Of a DNA stretch of 64,000 nt, positions 1-17,509 are shown piece after piece (position 1 is the stretch's first letter; every line of letters starts with the position of its first letter). Both the position numbers and the translations under genes were made by a program. The DNA comes from the human T2T-CHM13v2.0 reference genome, Homo sapiens. The notes under the pieces were generated by a model. It was not told where the DNA came from. It was given only the letters and a program-made list of their open reading frames with translations, and ran no database searches. The DNA is taken from assembly GCF_009914755.1 (NCBI RefSeq), contig NC_060929.1; one strand, written 5' to 3'.

Positions 1-3885
<3,885 letters not shown>

Positions 3886-4209
3886 GAATCTGAGTATATG
3901 ATAATATAGATTTAAATTTCTAATATCATTTCCTCAGTAAAGCTTTGCTTGATCCTTGTGTTGCCTGTGGATCTTATGAGCATTTTCTCATGGGGTTATA
4001 TGCTGTTAATTGTGTGATCATTCACAATAAAAACTGGAGTATTCTACCTGCTTCAGAATATTGGAAAAAAAACATTTAAGAGTACATGAAATCTTCATGT
4101 TTAGGATGTAAGAGAGACATTTCATATTACATCTTTGCAAATCCATACTCTGATTAAAAAGTATTCTGTACTGTGCATTACCAAGGGGGGAAATTATAAA
4201 TAAGGCAGT

Positions 4210-4602
4210 TGTCTTAGTCCATTTTGTGCTGCTATAACAGAATACAAAAGACTGGGTAACTTACAATGAACAGAACATTGTTAGCTCAGTGTTCTGGAGA
4301 CTGGGAAACCCAAGATCAATGAGCTAGCCTCTGGCGAGTACCTTCTTGCTGCATGACTTGGCAGAAGTCATCTCATGGCAGAAGGGCAAAGAGAGAGTGT
4401 GAGAGGGCAGGAGCAGGTAAACTCACTCCTGATATAAGGTATCCATTCCCACTGTAAAGATGTTAGTTCATTCATGAGGGTCAAGCCCTCATGACCTAAG
4501 CACATCTTAAAGGCCCCACCTCCCAATACCATCACAATGGCAACTGATTTTCAACATTGATCAACATTGATTTTGGAAAGGACAAACTTTCAAATCACAG
4601 CA
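4210..4602 (-). mobile_element. MaLR solo LTR (MSTD/MSTC-like)
   Basis: Starts TGTCTTAGTCCATTTTGTGCTGCTATAACAGAATAC and ends CAAATCACAGCA, the reverse of an MST-type LTR. Confidence 0.8.
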
Positions 4603-4751
4603 ATGGTCAACAGAACTTGGATAAGATGTGAGGAAAGAAAATCCCTGCATTATACTTTAGGAAAGCCTTAAAATGAATAGAAAAGGCATTTTCTCCTTGT
4701 TGTATGTACAATATTAGCAATTAAATACTTGTTATATTGTTATGTTATTTT

Positions 4752-4915
4752 TTTAAATTTTATTATTATACTTTAAGTTTTAGGGTACATGTGCACAACG
4801 TGCAGGTTTGTTACATATGTATACATGTGCCATGTTGGTGTGCTGCACCCATTAACTGGTCATTTAGCATTAGGTATATCTCCTAATGCTATCCCTCCCC
4901 CCTCCCCCAAAGTTA
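4752..4915 (-). mobile_element. Short 5'-truncated L1PA (PA3-PA5-like) 3' end with TSD
   Basis: TTATTATTATACTTTAAGTTTTAGGGTACATGTGCACAACG...CCCTCCCCCCTCCCC. Flanking direct repeat TATGTTATTTT at 4741-4751 and 4916-4926. Confidence 0.9.
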
Positions 4916-5189
4916 TATGTTATTTTCAAGATTAAATGTGGTATAGTACTGATAGTGAAACATGAATTGGATGACCTAGTTTACCTTTTTTTTTTTTTAG
5001 TATTTAAATAGAAACACATTGTAAAAGCACGAAACATATCAGCATAGGTAGATCTTGAAAGCATAAAGTTAGGAAACACTGAATGCTATATAACATATGG
5101 ACATTAGATGGTAAGTAACATGTATATTTTTTTTCCTCCATATGTTTCTGTATGTAAAAATTACTTTTATTCTATATAACTGCAACTAT

Positions 5190-5340
5190 AAGGTACTCTC
5201 ACCACATACACACAGGAGAAAATCAACTATGTGAGAGAATGAGATAATTTGTTTGACTGAAGTAATCACTTCACTGTGTATATCTATATCAAAACATCAT
5301 GTTGCACAATTTAAACTTATACACTAAAAAACCTAAAAAA
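5190..5340 (+). mobile_element. Old L1MA-type 3' end fragment
   Basis: CTCACCACA...AACTATGTGAG...GTAATCACTTCACTGTGTATATCTATATCAAAACATCATGTTGCACA resembles an L1MA9/10 3' end. Confidence 0.65.
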
Positions 5341-5769
5341 TGCAATCAATTTCCTTTCATAAGAGAAAGGAATTCTTTAAACGTACCTTGAAAGAAAAAT
5401 TTTTTTAAATTTTCTTGAAACTAATTCTCTTTTTTCATAAAGAATAAATAAGCCAAATTTTAAAAAGTTCTATAATCTAAACATATACTGAAGAATAATG
5501 CTGAAAAAGAATAACTTCCTGATTCAAGCAAAAACCATTGTATTTAAATCATCTCAATATTCCCTGCAAAAATAAATATAAAATAAATATAAATAGATTG
5601 TCAAAATAAAATTATATATTGTTTAGAATAACATTTCTAGTTTAACATTTCATTTTTTAATTTAGTAGGTGAAATAGTATGGAGAAATATGTTGGAAGAG
5701 GCAAGTAACTTTTGGATTTTTAGAGCCAAGTAGTGGAGAAAATAGCATTAAGAAAATGTTATATGGGGT

Positions 5770-5926
5770 AGAGTTGGGGAGTGAGGTGAGGGCTGAGAAA
5801 CTACATATTGGGTACTGTGTACACTGCTCAGGTGATGGGTACACTAAAATTTCAGACTTCACCACTGTTCAATTCATCCATGTCACTAAAAACTGCTTTT
5901 CCTAATAAAGCTACTGAAATTAAAAT
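5770..5926 (+). mobile_element. L1PB 3' end fragment
   Basis: GAAACTACATATTGGGTACTGTGTACACTGCTCAGGTGATGGGTACACTAAAATTTCAGACTTCACCACT is typical of the L1PB 3'UTR. Confidence 0.75.
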
Positions 5927-6154
5927 CAAAGATAATGTTATAAAGATGGTAATCAAGGAATACCTGAATACCCAGCCATATGGTGGCCCCTCTGCCAAAC
6001 TCTGAAGTTTACAGAGAGATGACAATATATTAAATGTAAATGACACTTGATTTTTACATCATCTACACAGTTCTTAGAAATATGTGGAAGGCATTTATAT
6101 AAAAGTATCAACTTTCTTTATTTTCCATCTTTCTTATTTCATAAATTCATTGAA

Positions 6155-6665
6155 TGCCGAGGCCAGCTAGGTCGGGGAGACCCTAACCCAGTGGCGCCAG
6201 AGGAATTAAAGACACACACACAGAAATATAGAGGTGTGAAGTGGGAAATCAGGGGTCTCACAGCCTTCAGAGCTAAGAGCGCCAAACAGAGATTTACCCA
6301 CGTATTTATTAACAGCAAGCCAGTCATTAGCATTGTTTCTATAGATATTCAATTAACTAAAAGTATCCCTTATGGGAAACGAAGGGATGGGCTGAAATAA
6401 AGGGGTGGGTCTGGCTACTTATCTGCAGCAGGAACATGCTTTTAAGGCACAGATCTCTTATGCTATTGTTTATGGTTTAAGGACGCCTTTAAGCGGTTTT
6501 CCGCCCTAGGCAGTCTGGGTGTTCCTTGCCCTCATTCCAGTAAACCCACAAGCTTCCAGCCTGGGTGTTATGGCCATCATGAACATGTCACAGTGCTGCA
6601 GAGATTTTGTTTATGGCCAGTTTTGGGGCCAGTTTAGCCAGATTTTGGGGTGCCTGTTCCTAACA
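6155..6665 (-). mobile_element. MER9 solo LTR (HERV-K HML-3)
   Basis: Reverse strand begins TGTTAGGAACAGGCACCCCAAAATCTGGCTAAACTGGCCCCAAAACTGGCCATAAAC and ends CTCGGCA. 6-bp TSD ATTGAA/ACTGAA. Confidence 0.9.
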
Positions 6666-8099
6666 ACTGAAGCTATCAAACCTACTAGAGTTTATAAATA
6701 CATTTAAAATACAGTTTAATTTTTATGTAGCTTCTCTGTTTTCAACATTTTTAAATGAATTAATACGTGATCATGGTAATACAACAACACAATGTAACAA
6801 CATGCTTGATAGAAACTCTATAAACAATTAGTTTTGTTCTTGTTGTTTTTAACATTTTCAGTTTAAACAGTATTCGCACATCATAGTTCTTCTGAAACAT
6901 TCCTTTCATTAACCCTTATTTTCTTCACTCATAATTGCTTTCTCTCCATGAACTGTTCCTGCTTATTGCTCTTAATCTTCACTAAGCAATGAGTTTATTG
7001 TGCCACGTGGCATACCTTCTTCTGTATGGATCTGTTTTGTTTGCTGACTCAGAAAATATAGTTGATTTACTAAGGAAAAAAATCAATTTCTCTATCATCT
7101 TCACTCTCATCTTACCTTGTTAATGCCTCCATTGCAGGGATTTTCATAGTGTCTGTTATATCGTACTTATCTGTGTATGCATTACCTTCATTCGAGTGGA
7201 TTGTAAAATTTATGAGAACTATGTTCACAAAAATTGGAGGTGTTTTCACCCAAACTTCTCAATTTGTAAATTTGATTTTGCCGAATGTGTATGGGATTAT
7301 CTGAAAAATATTGATTTGTGTCTATATTTCCTGACTGCGTTGTGATGCCAATGAATACTTTCATAATGGTAATATTATTTTAACTCTTACGTGAACTTAA
7401 CTGAGTTTCTCGAACACTGGAAATAAAATTAATAAAGCCAGAAATTTCACCTCAATTTATGTGACATAGGAAGGCTTTGTCATGTACTTAGATTTAAGGA
7501 AGACTTCTGAATGATGATGCTACCAGATAAAACACTGAAGTGGTCCTTAAATTGCAATAATAACCTTTGTAAAAAAAGAGCAATGAACAACAACAAGCAC
7601 AAGAAAGAACTTTGTAAAATGGGAAGTGCAAAACCACTTATAGAGGCTATTGTCACACTTTGTTTATTCCATTCAGAAACTCATCTATTATAATGTTTGC
7701 AAATGTGGAATAGTCATATGTTTTCAATGAATGTTTCAATTCCACTGGCAATTTCTGGCTCTAAAATATGTTTTGATGGTTTTTGTTGTAGTACCTGAAA
7801 CTCCCACATTACACTGTTCATTAGATGCAGATTTTGAAGATCTATGAAAAAAATTAAAAAAATAAAAAGGAAGAAAAATGGAAGGAAAAAGAAAAAGATG
7901 CTAAAATTGTGTTAATGCAGAAAACCTTTAATGTTGGCAGTGGTAGTGTAAGAAACGAAGAATTGTGAGAAAATGCAAAATATAAATTTAAAGGAGACAG
8001 AGAAAGAATCTATTAGTTGGCTAGTTGAAAAAAATCCTGAAATATACTGAGCAAATGTTGCAGCAGACAGGACACATAAATGTGGGAAACATAAGAAAG

Positions 8100-8160
8100 A
8101 GCCTTGAGGAAAGAGAGCAGCCTGATGATCCCAGGCTACGAACATGGAGGAAGACGCCGG
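8100..8160 (+). other. Candidate exon 3' end (5' splice site CGG|GTAAGG), upstream boundary unknown
   Basis: Consensus-like donor at 8160/8161, preceded by a short GC-richer, CpG-containing patch with AACATGG (ATG at 8144). Confidence 0.3.
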
Positions 8161-10149
8161 GTAAGGTATCTGGTTTTTAAGGATGAGAAGAAAATTATAG
8201 GCTTACTAAAAAACACTTTATCCCTGTAACCCTACCTAAGACTTGTCTGATCTTCTGGTTAAGTTTAATTAGGTAACAAAGTAAATATTGGAAACAGAAG
8301 TAAAATCATAATGGCATTTATATCCACCATCAATTCTTAAAAATAATTTAAAGTAAATGTTTAAGTTTTGTGGTAAAAATAAATGATTGCATATTCTACT
8401 GATAACAATTTGATAAGTAATCACTGATCTTAATCAGAGAAAATAGCTAAGAGTTTTAATAATTAATCTAGGCCTTAAATATACTAAAATTTATAAGCAA
8501 ACCTCTTCTTATAAATGACTGCCCGGCTAACTATCTCCATAGGAATGAGATGTGAACAAAATGTAATTATTTTGTAAAGTTTTGTCTTACCTATTGTTTT
8601 TGGTAATTATATATTTTTAGGCGATAATGTGTGGCTTTTTTTCACTTGGTATGTGAATTAAAGTGAATTGGCATAGTTGATAGATTACCAAACAAATTCA
8701 ATTCCATAGACTTTTCTGAGTCCAATTGGAACAGACATGTTAATGATTTCTTGTTAAACAAATATCACTCTCTTTGCTATGACATTTTATTCATTCTCTA
8801 ATTAGGCAATACATTTAGCAACAGAGAGGAACAATTGTTCCTTTATTAATTCAAATGAGTTTCATGCTCAAAGAGATCTAAAATCTTGTGTGAGTACACC
8901 CCTCTTTTTAGGGCATGTAATAGAACTAATTACTCTTTGGGAAATTTAGGTTATATTTAGGCTATGCAAGAACCCTTTCACTATATTTTATAATCTCATA
9001 AAAATTAAAATATGTTTTAATATATAAGTAAATTGTTGTGTTTTATTTGAAGTAATTGAAATATTTTCTGCCATCAAGAAAACATTTGAAAGTTATTAAT
9101 CATTAGATGCTTGTTAGGATGCATTTTAAATTAAAATTGTGCTTATACATATATATGATATTTATATTTATATAAGATACTCAGTTTCTGTGATTATGTG
9201 TGGTGAAACTTACGAAGTGTAATGTGTGCACATGTAGTATAAACAGTAATGACTGAAATGGATATTTGAATCAAACATCTGTGGCTTATTGAAACCACTT
9301 TCCAACACATTCCTTTTAGCACTAGAAAGAGTGAGGGAACTATCAAATTGCCCACATCCACCCAAAATAATAGTATACAATGTTGTTTTTAAGATTTCAT
9401 CTTTCAAATGTTATTTGAACAGCGATACGTGACACAGTGTATGGTACTTCTAAAATATCCAGAGTGGGGAGAAGATATATCAAACATACAAAATGTACTA
9501 CCTGAGGACTGAGTGACAGTTACCTTCTTACAATTTCAGACTGGTTTCCCCTAACCATAAAATTTATAAACGTTAAAAAGTGTGTTGATGACTAATGAGT
9601 GATTCACAGCTCAAATGAATAGACAGTGAATAAGGGAAGACTGGTAAAGCTACTTTGCATCCCAGAAAGCACTGTCCCTACAAATAATAGGAAGTGAACC
9701 AGAGAAAGGAAGAGGCTTAGCAGCAAGACATAAATGAAACATGGTCTTTGTTATGGTTGCCACCTATTCTCATTGTCTAAGAGCTAGGTCATGAGAGGAA
9801 GAGAATACACATTGGATGAGTTAAGCATCGGGACACCTGCATCTGTGTGTGAGACAGGGAAGCCATCAATACCAAACTCTCAGAGAGAAATTTCAAGAAC
9901 AAGCTGAAAGAGGGCACATTTTTCCTCACTCACTTTGGATCTAAAAAAATTCTCTTTGCTTAAAAATACAAAGACATCAAAATAAACAGGAGATTTTTCA
10001 GAGGACACTGTTAAACAAATGAAAGGGACAATTTTTAAAAAATTCAGGACAAAGAGAACGTAGAGAGAATGTAAGTTGCAATGACTTACTCCAAGGTGTA
10101 GTCATACAAAGGCTACAAAAAAAAGTAAAATAAAATATAATAAAGCAAT

Positions 10150-10365
10150 TAATTGACAGAAAGCAGATCAGCAGTTTCTTGGGAGATGCAAGTGTAAGAG
10201 GAAGAAATTACGACTGTAGGAGCTTGAGGAAACTTGTGAGGAAGATTCATGTATTTGATACCTTGATAGTGTTGATTGATCCACTCTAGTACACATCTTC
10301 CACATTGTGCACTTTACACGGGCAGATTATTGTATATCAATTATATTCCAATAAGGCTGGGGGAA
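10150..10365 (+). mobile_element. L1MC/L1ME 3' end fragment
   Basis: GACAGAAAGCAGATCAGCAGTTTC...TTGTGCACTTTA...TTATTGTATATCAATTATATTCCAATAAGGCTG. Confidence 0.65.
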
Positions 10366-10861
10366 AGTTAAAAACAAACAAATAGAGTAGCTATCCCTTG
10401 AACAGAGTGTCCAGAGAAGCGAATATAGAGACCATTCTGAAGGGTATGTGTGGTGGAAACAGTTTAGAAACGGATAAAAGGGAGAGATGGGGATTGATTT
10501 GGGTGTATCCAAGTCTAATGTTTATAGTGACTGATAAATACAAATTCATGATACCAACATTTCCACTCTCTCACTTCATGCTTCACTTTTACATTTGGGT
10601 CTTGGTCTTGGCAAACATTCATTCTTCTTCTCAAGGGGCACAAATGGGAAGAGAAAGAGCCTAAACTCTATTTTGAGATAATGATCATCCAAGCTCCTGG
10701 TTTCACAGCCTTAGTGGAGATAGGTTGGATTGCTGAAATGTAGTGTGGTAAATAGAAAAATCAAAGACAGTTATTTCTACATTTAAGTCATTATATATCC
10801 ACTTGCAATTGTTGAACGTGGGTAAATTGTTTATCCTTTTACCATCTTGTAAGTATGGTTC

Positions 10862-11182
10862 TGTGTTAGTCTGTCCAGGCTGCTATAACAAAGTATCATA
10901 AACTAGATAGCTTATAAACAAACATTTATTTCTGTTAGTTCTGGAGGCTGCAATGTCCAAGGTTAAGGTACTGACAGATTTGGTGTTCGACGAGGGCCTG
11001 TCACTCATAGACAGTGTCTTCTGGCTGCATGCTTGTGTGGTAAAAGGCGCATTTTTTATAAGGGCAGTATTTCCCTCATAAAATAATAGCTTCCGAAAGT
11101 CCTACATCTTAAGACAATCATCTTGGGGGTTAGGATTTTAACATAAGAATTTTGTGAGGACCCAAACATTCCAACAATAGCA
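10862..11182 (-). mobile_element. MLT1A-type MaLR solo LTR (probably inserted in a MIR)
   Basis: TGTGTTAGTCTGTCCAGGCTGCTATAACAAAG...CTTGGGGGTTAGGATTTTAACATAAGAATTTTGTGAGGACCCAAACATTCCAACAATAGCA. Confidence 0.8.
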
Positions 11183-12441
11183 ATATCCTTCTACCTAGGA
11201 GAGCTTATTTGTGAAGATGGAATGCTGAGAGATGTAGAAATTTATGGAACAAATTGGCAATCAAATTGTTTGCTCTTTTCCCTTCTAGCATTTGTTTTGA
11301 AATAAAAATATCACAAATGGCAAGCCCTTATACAAAGGAAGGAATACATATTAAGATTATCCATTCTTCATATGAAATGAAAGTAGTTATTAATAAATGT
11401 TAGGGCAGGCTAACAACCATGATAGTTGAATATGATTACTAGGAAAGAAATTATAGAGACATAAAATTTCTCTAATGAAAAAATGTATTTGAATTGGGAA
11501 TAAAAGCCAAATAACCATATCAATATACATGAATAATCTTTATAGCAGGGTTTATCCATACACAGTTTTGACGTGAGAGTAAAGTTTTCAGTACGTCATA
11601 AATTTAGTGCTTGAAGTTGATTAATTATAAAGATAAATTTTAAACTAAGTTAAAACTCTGGACTTAAAAACTATACAATTTTGACTTAAAAAGACAAAAT
11701 AATGTTCATCATGAAGAAGTGTGGTGAGTTCAAGTCCAGAAGACCATGGGGATTCATTTCATGTAATGGATATTTTATAGACAGTTTTATTTTCTTTCAA
11801 TTGCTTTATGGGAGATATTTCATTTTTCATTTCCCTTCCTGTCACTTAGACAGAAAGTCTTTAAATGAATATGTAATGATTTCTGATTAATATTTTAAAG
11901 CTCTAAATATTTTAACAATTCTGACAGAGCTATAAAATAACTTCTAATTATGTTAACATGGAAAGGAAAGGGAAAAGGTAATGGAGGAAAGAACATAATA
12001 TTTAAAACATTGTAGGCCTATATATTCAAATTACAATAAGAAATCACTTAAACAATGTCATATGATACACTGAAAAATAACAATAACTGGTAGTATACTA
12101 CAAAAGAATCATTGTGTGATAAATGTTCTTCTAATTAGACAGAAATATCCAAGTTTATTACTGGTATAGTAACAAGTGCTGATGTTATTTGTCCTGCACA
12201 TCATTCAAGAAATGAAAATATTCTCTGTATATTTGTCATTGAATGAAATATCTATAAAATGAATATGAACTATCTCTCTGATTTCAACTATATAGAAGTT
12301 AATTAGCATTTACTAATAATTACTAAGCATTTCAACTAATAATTCATTCTAATTATTAATACTTATAAAATATTCATGGATATTTGAGCCATTAGAAAAA
12401 TTGTAGGGACATATCAAGTAATATTTGTATTTCCAAGAATC

Positions 12442-12636
12442 AGTGTAACAAAGTGATTAAGATCATGGAATTTCAGACAAATTCCCATGTTCAAATTTAC
12501 TTCTGTGAATTCTGACTTTAAAATAAGAGAGAAGGCACTAAAACTTCCTGTGCCCTGGTTTCTTTTCTATAATATGAAGATAAAAATGTGTACCTGATAG
12601 AAGTGTTGGGAAGATCATATTAATAAACACATAAAA
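12442..12636 (+). mobile_element. MIR SINE
   Basis: CAGTGTAACAAAGTGATTAAGATCATGG...CTGTGCCCTGGTTTCTTTTCTATAATATGAAGATAA, a MIR core-like segment. Confidence 0.65.
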
Positions 12637-13544
12637 GAAAACAATTAAGTCAATACCAAGCATAGATAAAGATTAACTCCTTTTTTAATAGTACAGCTAT
12701 TACCCCTGGGTTTTGGGCCAAATGAGATAAACAGTACAGTAGATGGATTTGGAAAATAATAAGTGACTTATTAATTTTCTCAATGACTGAAGCAAACTGG
12801 AAGGTGAGACAAGATGGATTTAATTTTGATCCTCTATGTATAAAAGTTACTTGCACCTAGCACTGTGGTCACAAAATCTGTCTACGATTGCAAAATAGAA
12901 GCTAGTGATTTTATTACAAGATTCATGTAGGAATTTAGTTTGTAGAAAATGAAATAGTTAATACATGCCAGTTAGTAAATAATCATTGCTGTCATTCTTC
13001 CCCGGGAATGTTAAAAAGATTAGTGAGGAAACTTACATTAACTAAAAGAAATACTTTCATTAGTAGAATTCATACTTGATTTTTCAGTACTCATGTGTCA
13101 ACAACATTATAAAGAAAACATGAATCAATGTTCATTTTAGTCTAGCATGATAATTTAAACTGCATTATATAAATGTTTTGGTCAGAGGAACAAATACAAA
13201 ATGCAAATTATGAAGAGTTAAAATAGCTAACATATATTTTTCTCATTTTTTATTTAGCTTAATATATTTCCAGTGAATGACTGTATTGAAAAAAATTTCA
13301 AATTATCATTAGTATTTATTCATAAATATGAGAAATATTCTCTAGAAATAAATTTATTATTATATAGTTAGTTTTCATATTTGTTCCTGCTGTGCTTCTT
13401 TAAAAAAAAAAAAAAAACTAAACAAACAAAACAACTCAAAATAGGAAATAAAAATTCTTCCTAAGTGTTAAAACAAGTAAAAACAGAATTTTCATTACAG
13501 CTATAATATTCAGAATTAATTTTAACACTACTAAAACAGTGTAT

Positions 13545-13845
13545 CTAGTTTGAAATACAATGAAAATGACATAACTAATTTAAAATATTCTTATATCAAA
13601 ACTAAAAAAAGTAAAAGGAAACCAATCAAATAAATTTGGTAACATAGTATACTAAATAATATATCCAAAGGTTATGGCTTCTGCATGAACTTTATGTTAA
13701 AATTATTAATGAGATGTTTTACATTCATTTATTGATACTGCCTGTGAAATCTGATGTTTATTTTGCACTCAAGTCACATTTTAATTCAGAGGAGCCACAT
13801 TTCAAATGCTCATTAACCACATTTGGCTACCAGATTGAAGCGTGT
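13545..13845. mobile_element. MER33-like hAT-Charlie non-autonomous DNA transposon
   Basis: AAAATTATTAATGAGATGTTTTACATTC...GAAATCTGATGTTTATTTTGCACTC...GCCACATTTCAAATGCTCATTAACCACATTTGGCTA. Confidence 0.7.
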
Positions 13846-14074
13846 CGTACTAAAAGAACAGACAAGAATCAATGTTTACTAATGTAAAGTGTATTTTTTA
13901 TTTCTTCATAAAATACACAGCCCCTATTTTTGCCAAGCTCTCATTCTTAGAATTCCTCCCAGCTACTCGCTCAGAGCCTCAAAGCTGCTCTCAACTCTTT
14001 CATCTAGGTAAATCATATCAGTCATGTTTTTTCAAGTCAGTCTTGCCAAGTATAGTGGTTTCTACTCATAGCTG

Positions 14075-14260
14075 AAAATATTCAAAGCAGAAATTAAAGG
14101 GACCTGAGTGATCGTCTTATTGGCTCCTCTTATTTTTAAAGGACAAGTTTAAGGACCACGTAGAGTACATGAAATATTCTACGTCATTGTGCAGTGAGTA
14201 CTAGAAACAAAATAAAAACACAAACAGTATGAGTGCTGGTCTAGTGCCCTTATCAGTACA
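14075..14260 (-). mobile_element. MIR/MIR3 SINE
   Basis: AAAGGGACCTGAGTGATCGTCT...CTCTTATTTTTAAAGG...GGTCTAGTGCCCTT, degenerate reverse MIR. Confidence 0.5.
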
Positions 14261-14504
14261 TAAGCAAACTGCTATTCATCAATAACAATCCACTTGTCTG
14301 TTTTTCCTGATTGCCTCTAGTATAATCATTTCCTGTTCTTACTGAAACTTGAAACTGCCTTCAACAGTTCTTCTAAAACCTACCGCACTACTTAAAGCTG
14401 GCAGCCACTCAAAAGCAACCCTTCTCTAGAACTCTGTAAGATTCATTGTATTTGAAAACAGCATGTATAGTCAATATATGAATGATTTAAACTTGTATTG
14501 TTTT

Positions 14505-14640
14505 TATCTCATTTTAATGAGCAAATATTTATTGGAGTGTTAACTGTTACTACTAAGATACTGTGTGTGGTAGTTTGATGAATGTTCAAAGGAGTAAAAC
14601 ACAGTTTCAGCCTGCCAGGATATTGTAATCTACTAATAAA
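14505..14640 (-). mobile_element. L2 3' end fragment
   Basis: GCAAATATTTATTGGAGTG...GTAAAACACAGTTTCAGCCTGCCAGGA. Confidence 0.55.
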
Positions 14641-14743
14641 GAACCTATAGTAATATAATTGAAAAAAAGTAAAAATTTAGCACTTAGGTTATTAATATAG
14701 GTAAATACAAGATTGGAGAGAACTCAATGTAAATCATGTGAAA

Positions 14744-14929
14744 TAGGGTTTTCAGATTTAAAAAATAAAAATACAGAATGTCAAATTAAATTTGATTTTT
14801 AGATAAAAAAAATAAGACTTTTAGTATAAGAATGTGCCATGCAATAGCTGGGACATGCTCATATAAAGATTATTGTTTTTATACAACTCAAATTCAACTG
14901 GGCATTCTGTATATTATCTGGCAAATCTA
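14744..14929. mobile_element. MER53 hAT MITE (full length, palindromic)
   Basis: TAGGGTTTTCAGATTTA...central GTGCCATGCAATAGCTGGGACATG...TTATCTGGCAAATCTA, collinear with the recalled MER53 consensus. Confidence 0.9.
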
Positions 14930-14984
14930 TGTAAAAAACACTTAGAGGGTTGAATTGACTACAATTTCTAATTATTTTATGGCT

Positions 14985-15225
14985 GCTAAAAAAACATTCA
15001 AAATTAATTCAGAGAAGGCTGCCCATTTGTCAGACTTGTGCCAGGTATTTCTCAGTTCTTAATGTGATGTGTTAAGAATTATCAATATAGCATTTAGGAT
15101 GACACTAATTTGAAAATGACTTCACACAAATTATGTTGAAGGAATTATAGAGAGAATTTGGAAAAAGAATGACCATTATTTCAACATCTGAAGGGCTGTA
15201 AAGTTGAAAGGGAGTTTGTTTTATA
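14985..15225 (+). mobile_element. CR1/L3 LINE remnant
   Basis: GTTGAAGGAATT...TTTCAACATCTGAAGGGCTGTAAAGTTGAAAGGGAG resembles the L3 3' region. Confidence 0.45.
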
Positions 15226-16414
15226 ACTTCCTATGTTTTACAAAAGAAAATCACAGAGATTTATAAGTAATTTTTATAGTTCTTGATAAAGGTGGATAAC
15301 CATGACTTATTTCAAATCACTTCTTACTATTTTCTTCTTCAAGTTGATTAGTTTTTCTCTATTATTTTAAATATAATTCAGATTTATATAATAATAAATG
15401 ACCTTTATCAAAATTATATGGATTATTTTCCATGTGATATAAGAATTTTGGAACAATTATTTTGCTGTGAAATTATTAGATGTTACATATTTGTTAAATT
15501 TTAATAAGTTTAATATATATTTCTAAGTAAACATTAAATTGATACAATAAAATTAATAAATTTCAAAGTCAACCTTAATTTCCCTCTGTATATACAAATT
15601 CAAGTTAATTTCATCTGAAAATAGAGCAAATTTTGTCATTGCGGATAGCTTTGTAACAAAAGTTAATGAAAATACTGTGAAAAATATATTGCAAGCATAT
15701 CAATTTACTTTATTTTCAATAAAACCATCCAAGAAAAAATGATTTTTCTGAAAAGCATTAATCTAAAGCAATTATATCAGATTTGTTGACAGCCATTATC
15801 CAATATTTAGGATAACTCACAATTTTTATAAGAAAAATTTCAGATCATTTCTTGAACATGCATTTCTACAGTGAGTTGTTTCTCTGGAGTATATTGTCTA
15901 TTGACCAGGAAGCTGACACTACTCTCATGAGTGATAGAGCCTTTGTAATTATTTCTTTAAAAAGTGATTTATGAGAGCAGAATGCCATCTGTGGAAATTG
16001 AACAGAAAAAGGTGGCTCCATACACTTGTATTGTAGTGAACAATTAAAGTGAGCCAATTACCACTGAATTTGATCAATTTTAATTCAAGTTTCTAGTTTC
16101 CACGATGATGCAGATGGTTCTTTCTGAAATATAAACCTGATGTCACTTCAGTACACCAATTTAGTGAATTTTAGTGAATTATTTTCAGCTTGAAACCAAA
16201 GCATATTAGCACATTATTTATCTAATTCCGATACATTTTTATCTCTTGTAATCCCCCCCTACCCTGGTGCCTTATTTATACACAATGAACACTCTGGAGT
16301 ACCCTGAATATGCTTATAAAGATGCTTATAAATTTGTCTAGAATTTCCTTTTATCCTTTCTTTGTCCCAAACTCTCATTAAATCTTTAGAGTGTTACACA
16401 GAGGTCACCTTTAT

Positions 16415-16870
16415 GCATCCATCCACTCAGCCACTCATTCAGCAAATATTAAGAGTATTGTATGTACCATAAAATAGGCGTTGTATAGGTTGAAGAGACA
16501 AGGCAAAGCCATCGATATCATAAAACTTACATGCTAGTGGAAACAGATAAACAAACAAAAATTAAATATGTCAAGTTCTAGGGTGGAAAAAATAAGATGA
16601 GGGATTATGGATAGAATAAGGTATTTTATACATATAAGCAGGGATGATCTTTCTGACGAGGTGACTTTTGTGCAGCAAACTGAATAAGGTGGGAGAACAG
16701 ATAAATGCACTTCTTGGTAAAATCATCAGAGAGCAGTCAGTGCAAAGATATGGAAAATGCTTGACATGTTTAAGGAATAGGAAAGAAGCAAATGCAACTG
16801 GGGTGGAGTGAGCAATGGGACGGAAGTCGGAGAGGAAAGAAGCGATCACTTGGGATAGCCATGGTAAAAC
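16415..16870 (-). mobile_element. L2a 3' portion
   Basis: CACTCATTCAGCAAATATT...GAGGTGACTTTTGTGCAG...GACATGTTTAAGGAATAGGAAAGAAGC...GGAGTGAGCAA. Confidence 0.75.
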
Positions 16871-17509
16871 ATTCGCCAACATTATCACACCAGCCTTCTC
16901 CAACTGTTGGAGTCTCTCTAACTTCAGGCAAGATATACCAAGTAATAGAAAGCCTTGTCTTTTGGCCCCAAGAGGAGATGGTGCTCTCCTGCAGGTCATG
17001 GACTCTTCCTCCTACTACACACTCAGCTTTTAACTGCCATCTTGTATTGCAACTCTTGCCACTATAACCATGCCCTTCATTTGCTGAACATTCATTAGTA
17101 AAGCATGATTATCTGCAAGGCATCTTTGTGAGTCTGTGGAAAAGCAAGAGTGTTTCTGATTTTTTTCTTAAGAATATTTATAATTAGTATTTTAATGAGA
17201 TATTCTTTAAGGAAAATTGTGCTTAGTTTCATGTGAGTGATGGACATAAAATGCTACGGAAACTTAAGACAGGAGATTGACCCCTTGAACTGACTTACAA
17301 AGCAGGTGCGGGGAGAAGTAACAGCGTGTGGAGTGGAACCAGGAAGGCATGGAGGGAGAAATGGCTCTTTTAAACCAAAAAGGTTTGCATAGGTAGTTAT
17401 CATAGAGAGATAGTCAAACACCCTGAATGGACTGTAAAATCCTGCAAGTCATGAAATGTATTGTATATGTTATTCTTCCAACTGTGAATGGACAATATCT
17501 CATCCAAAA

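Noticed and set aside
6047-6400. 117-aa ORF
   Set aside because: It has a non-ATG start and runs through the antisense MER9 LTR.
16571-17067. Overlapping 142/91/72-aa ORFs
   Set aside because: They lie largely on an L2 remnant, with no recognisable domain or exon structure.
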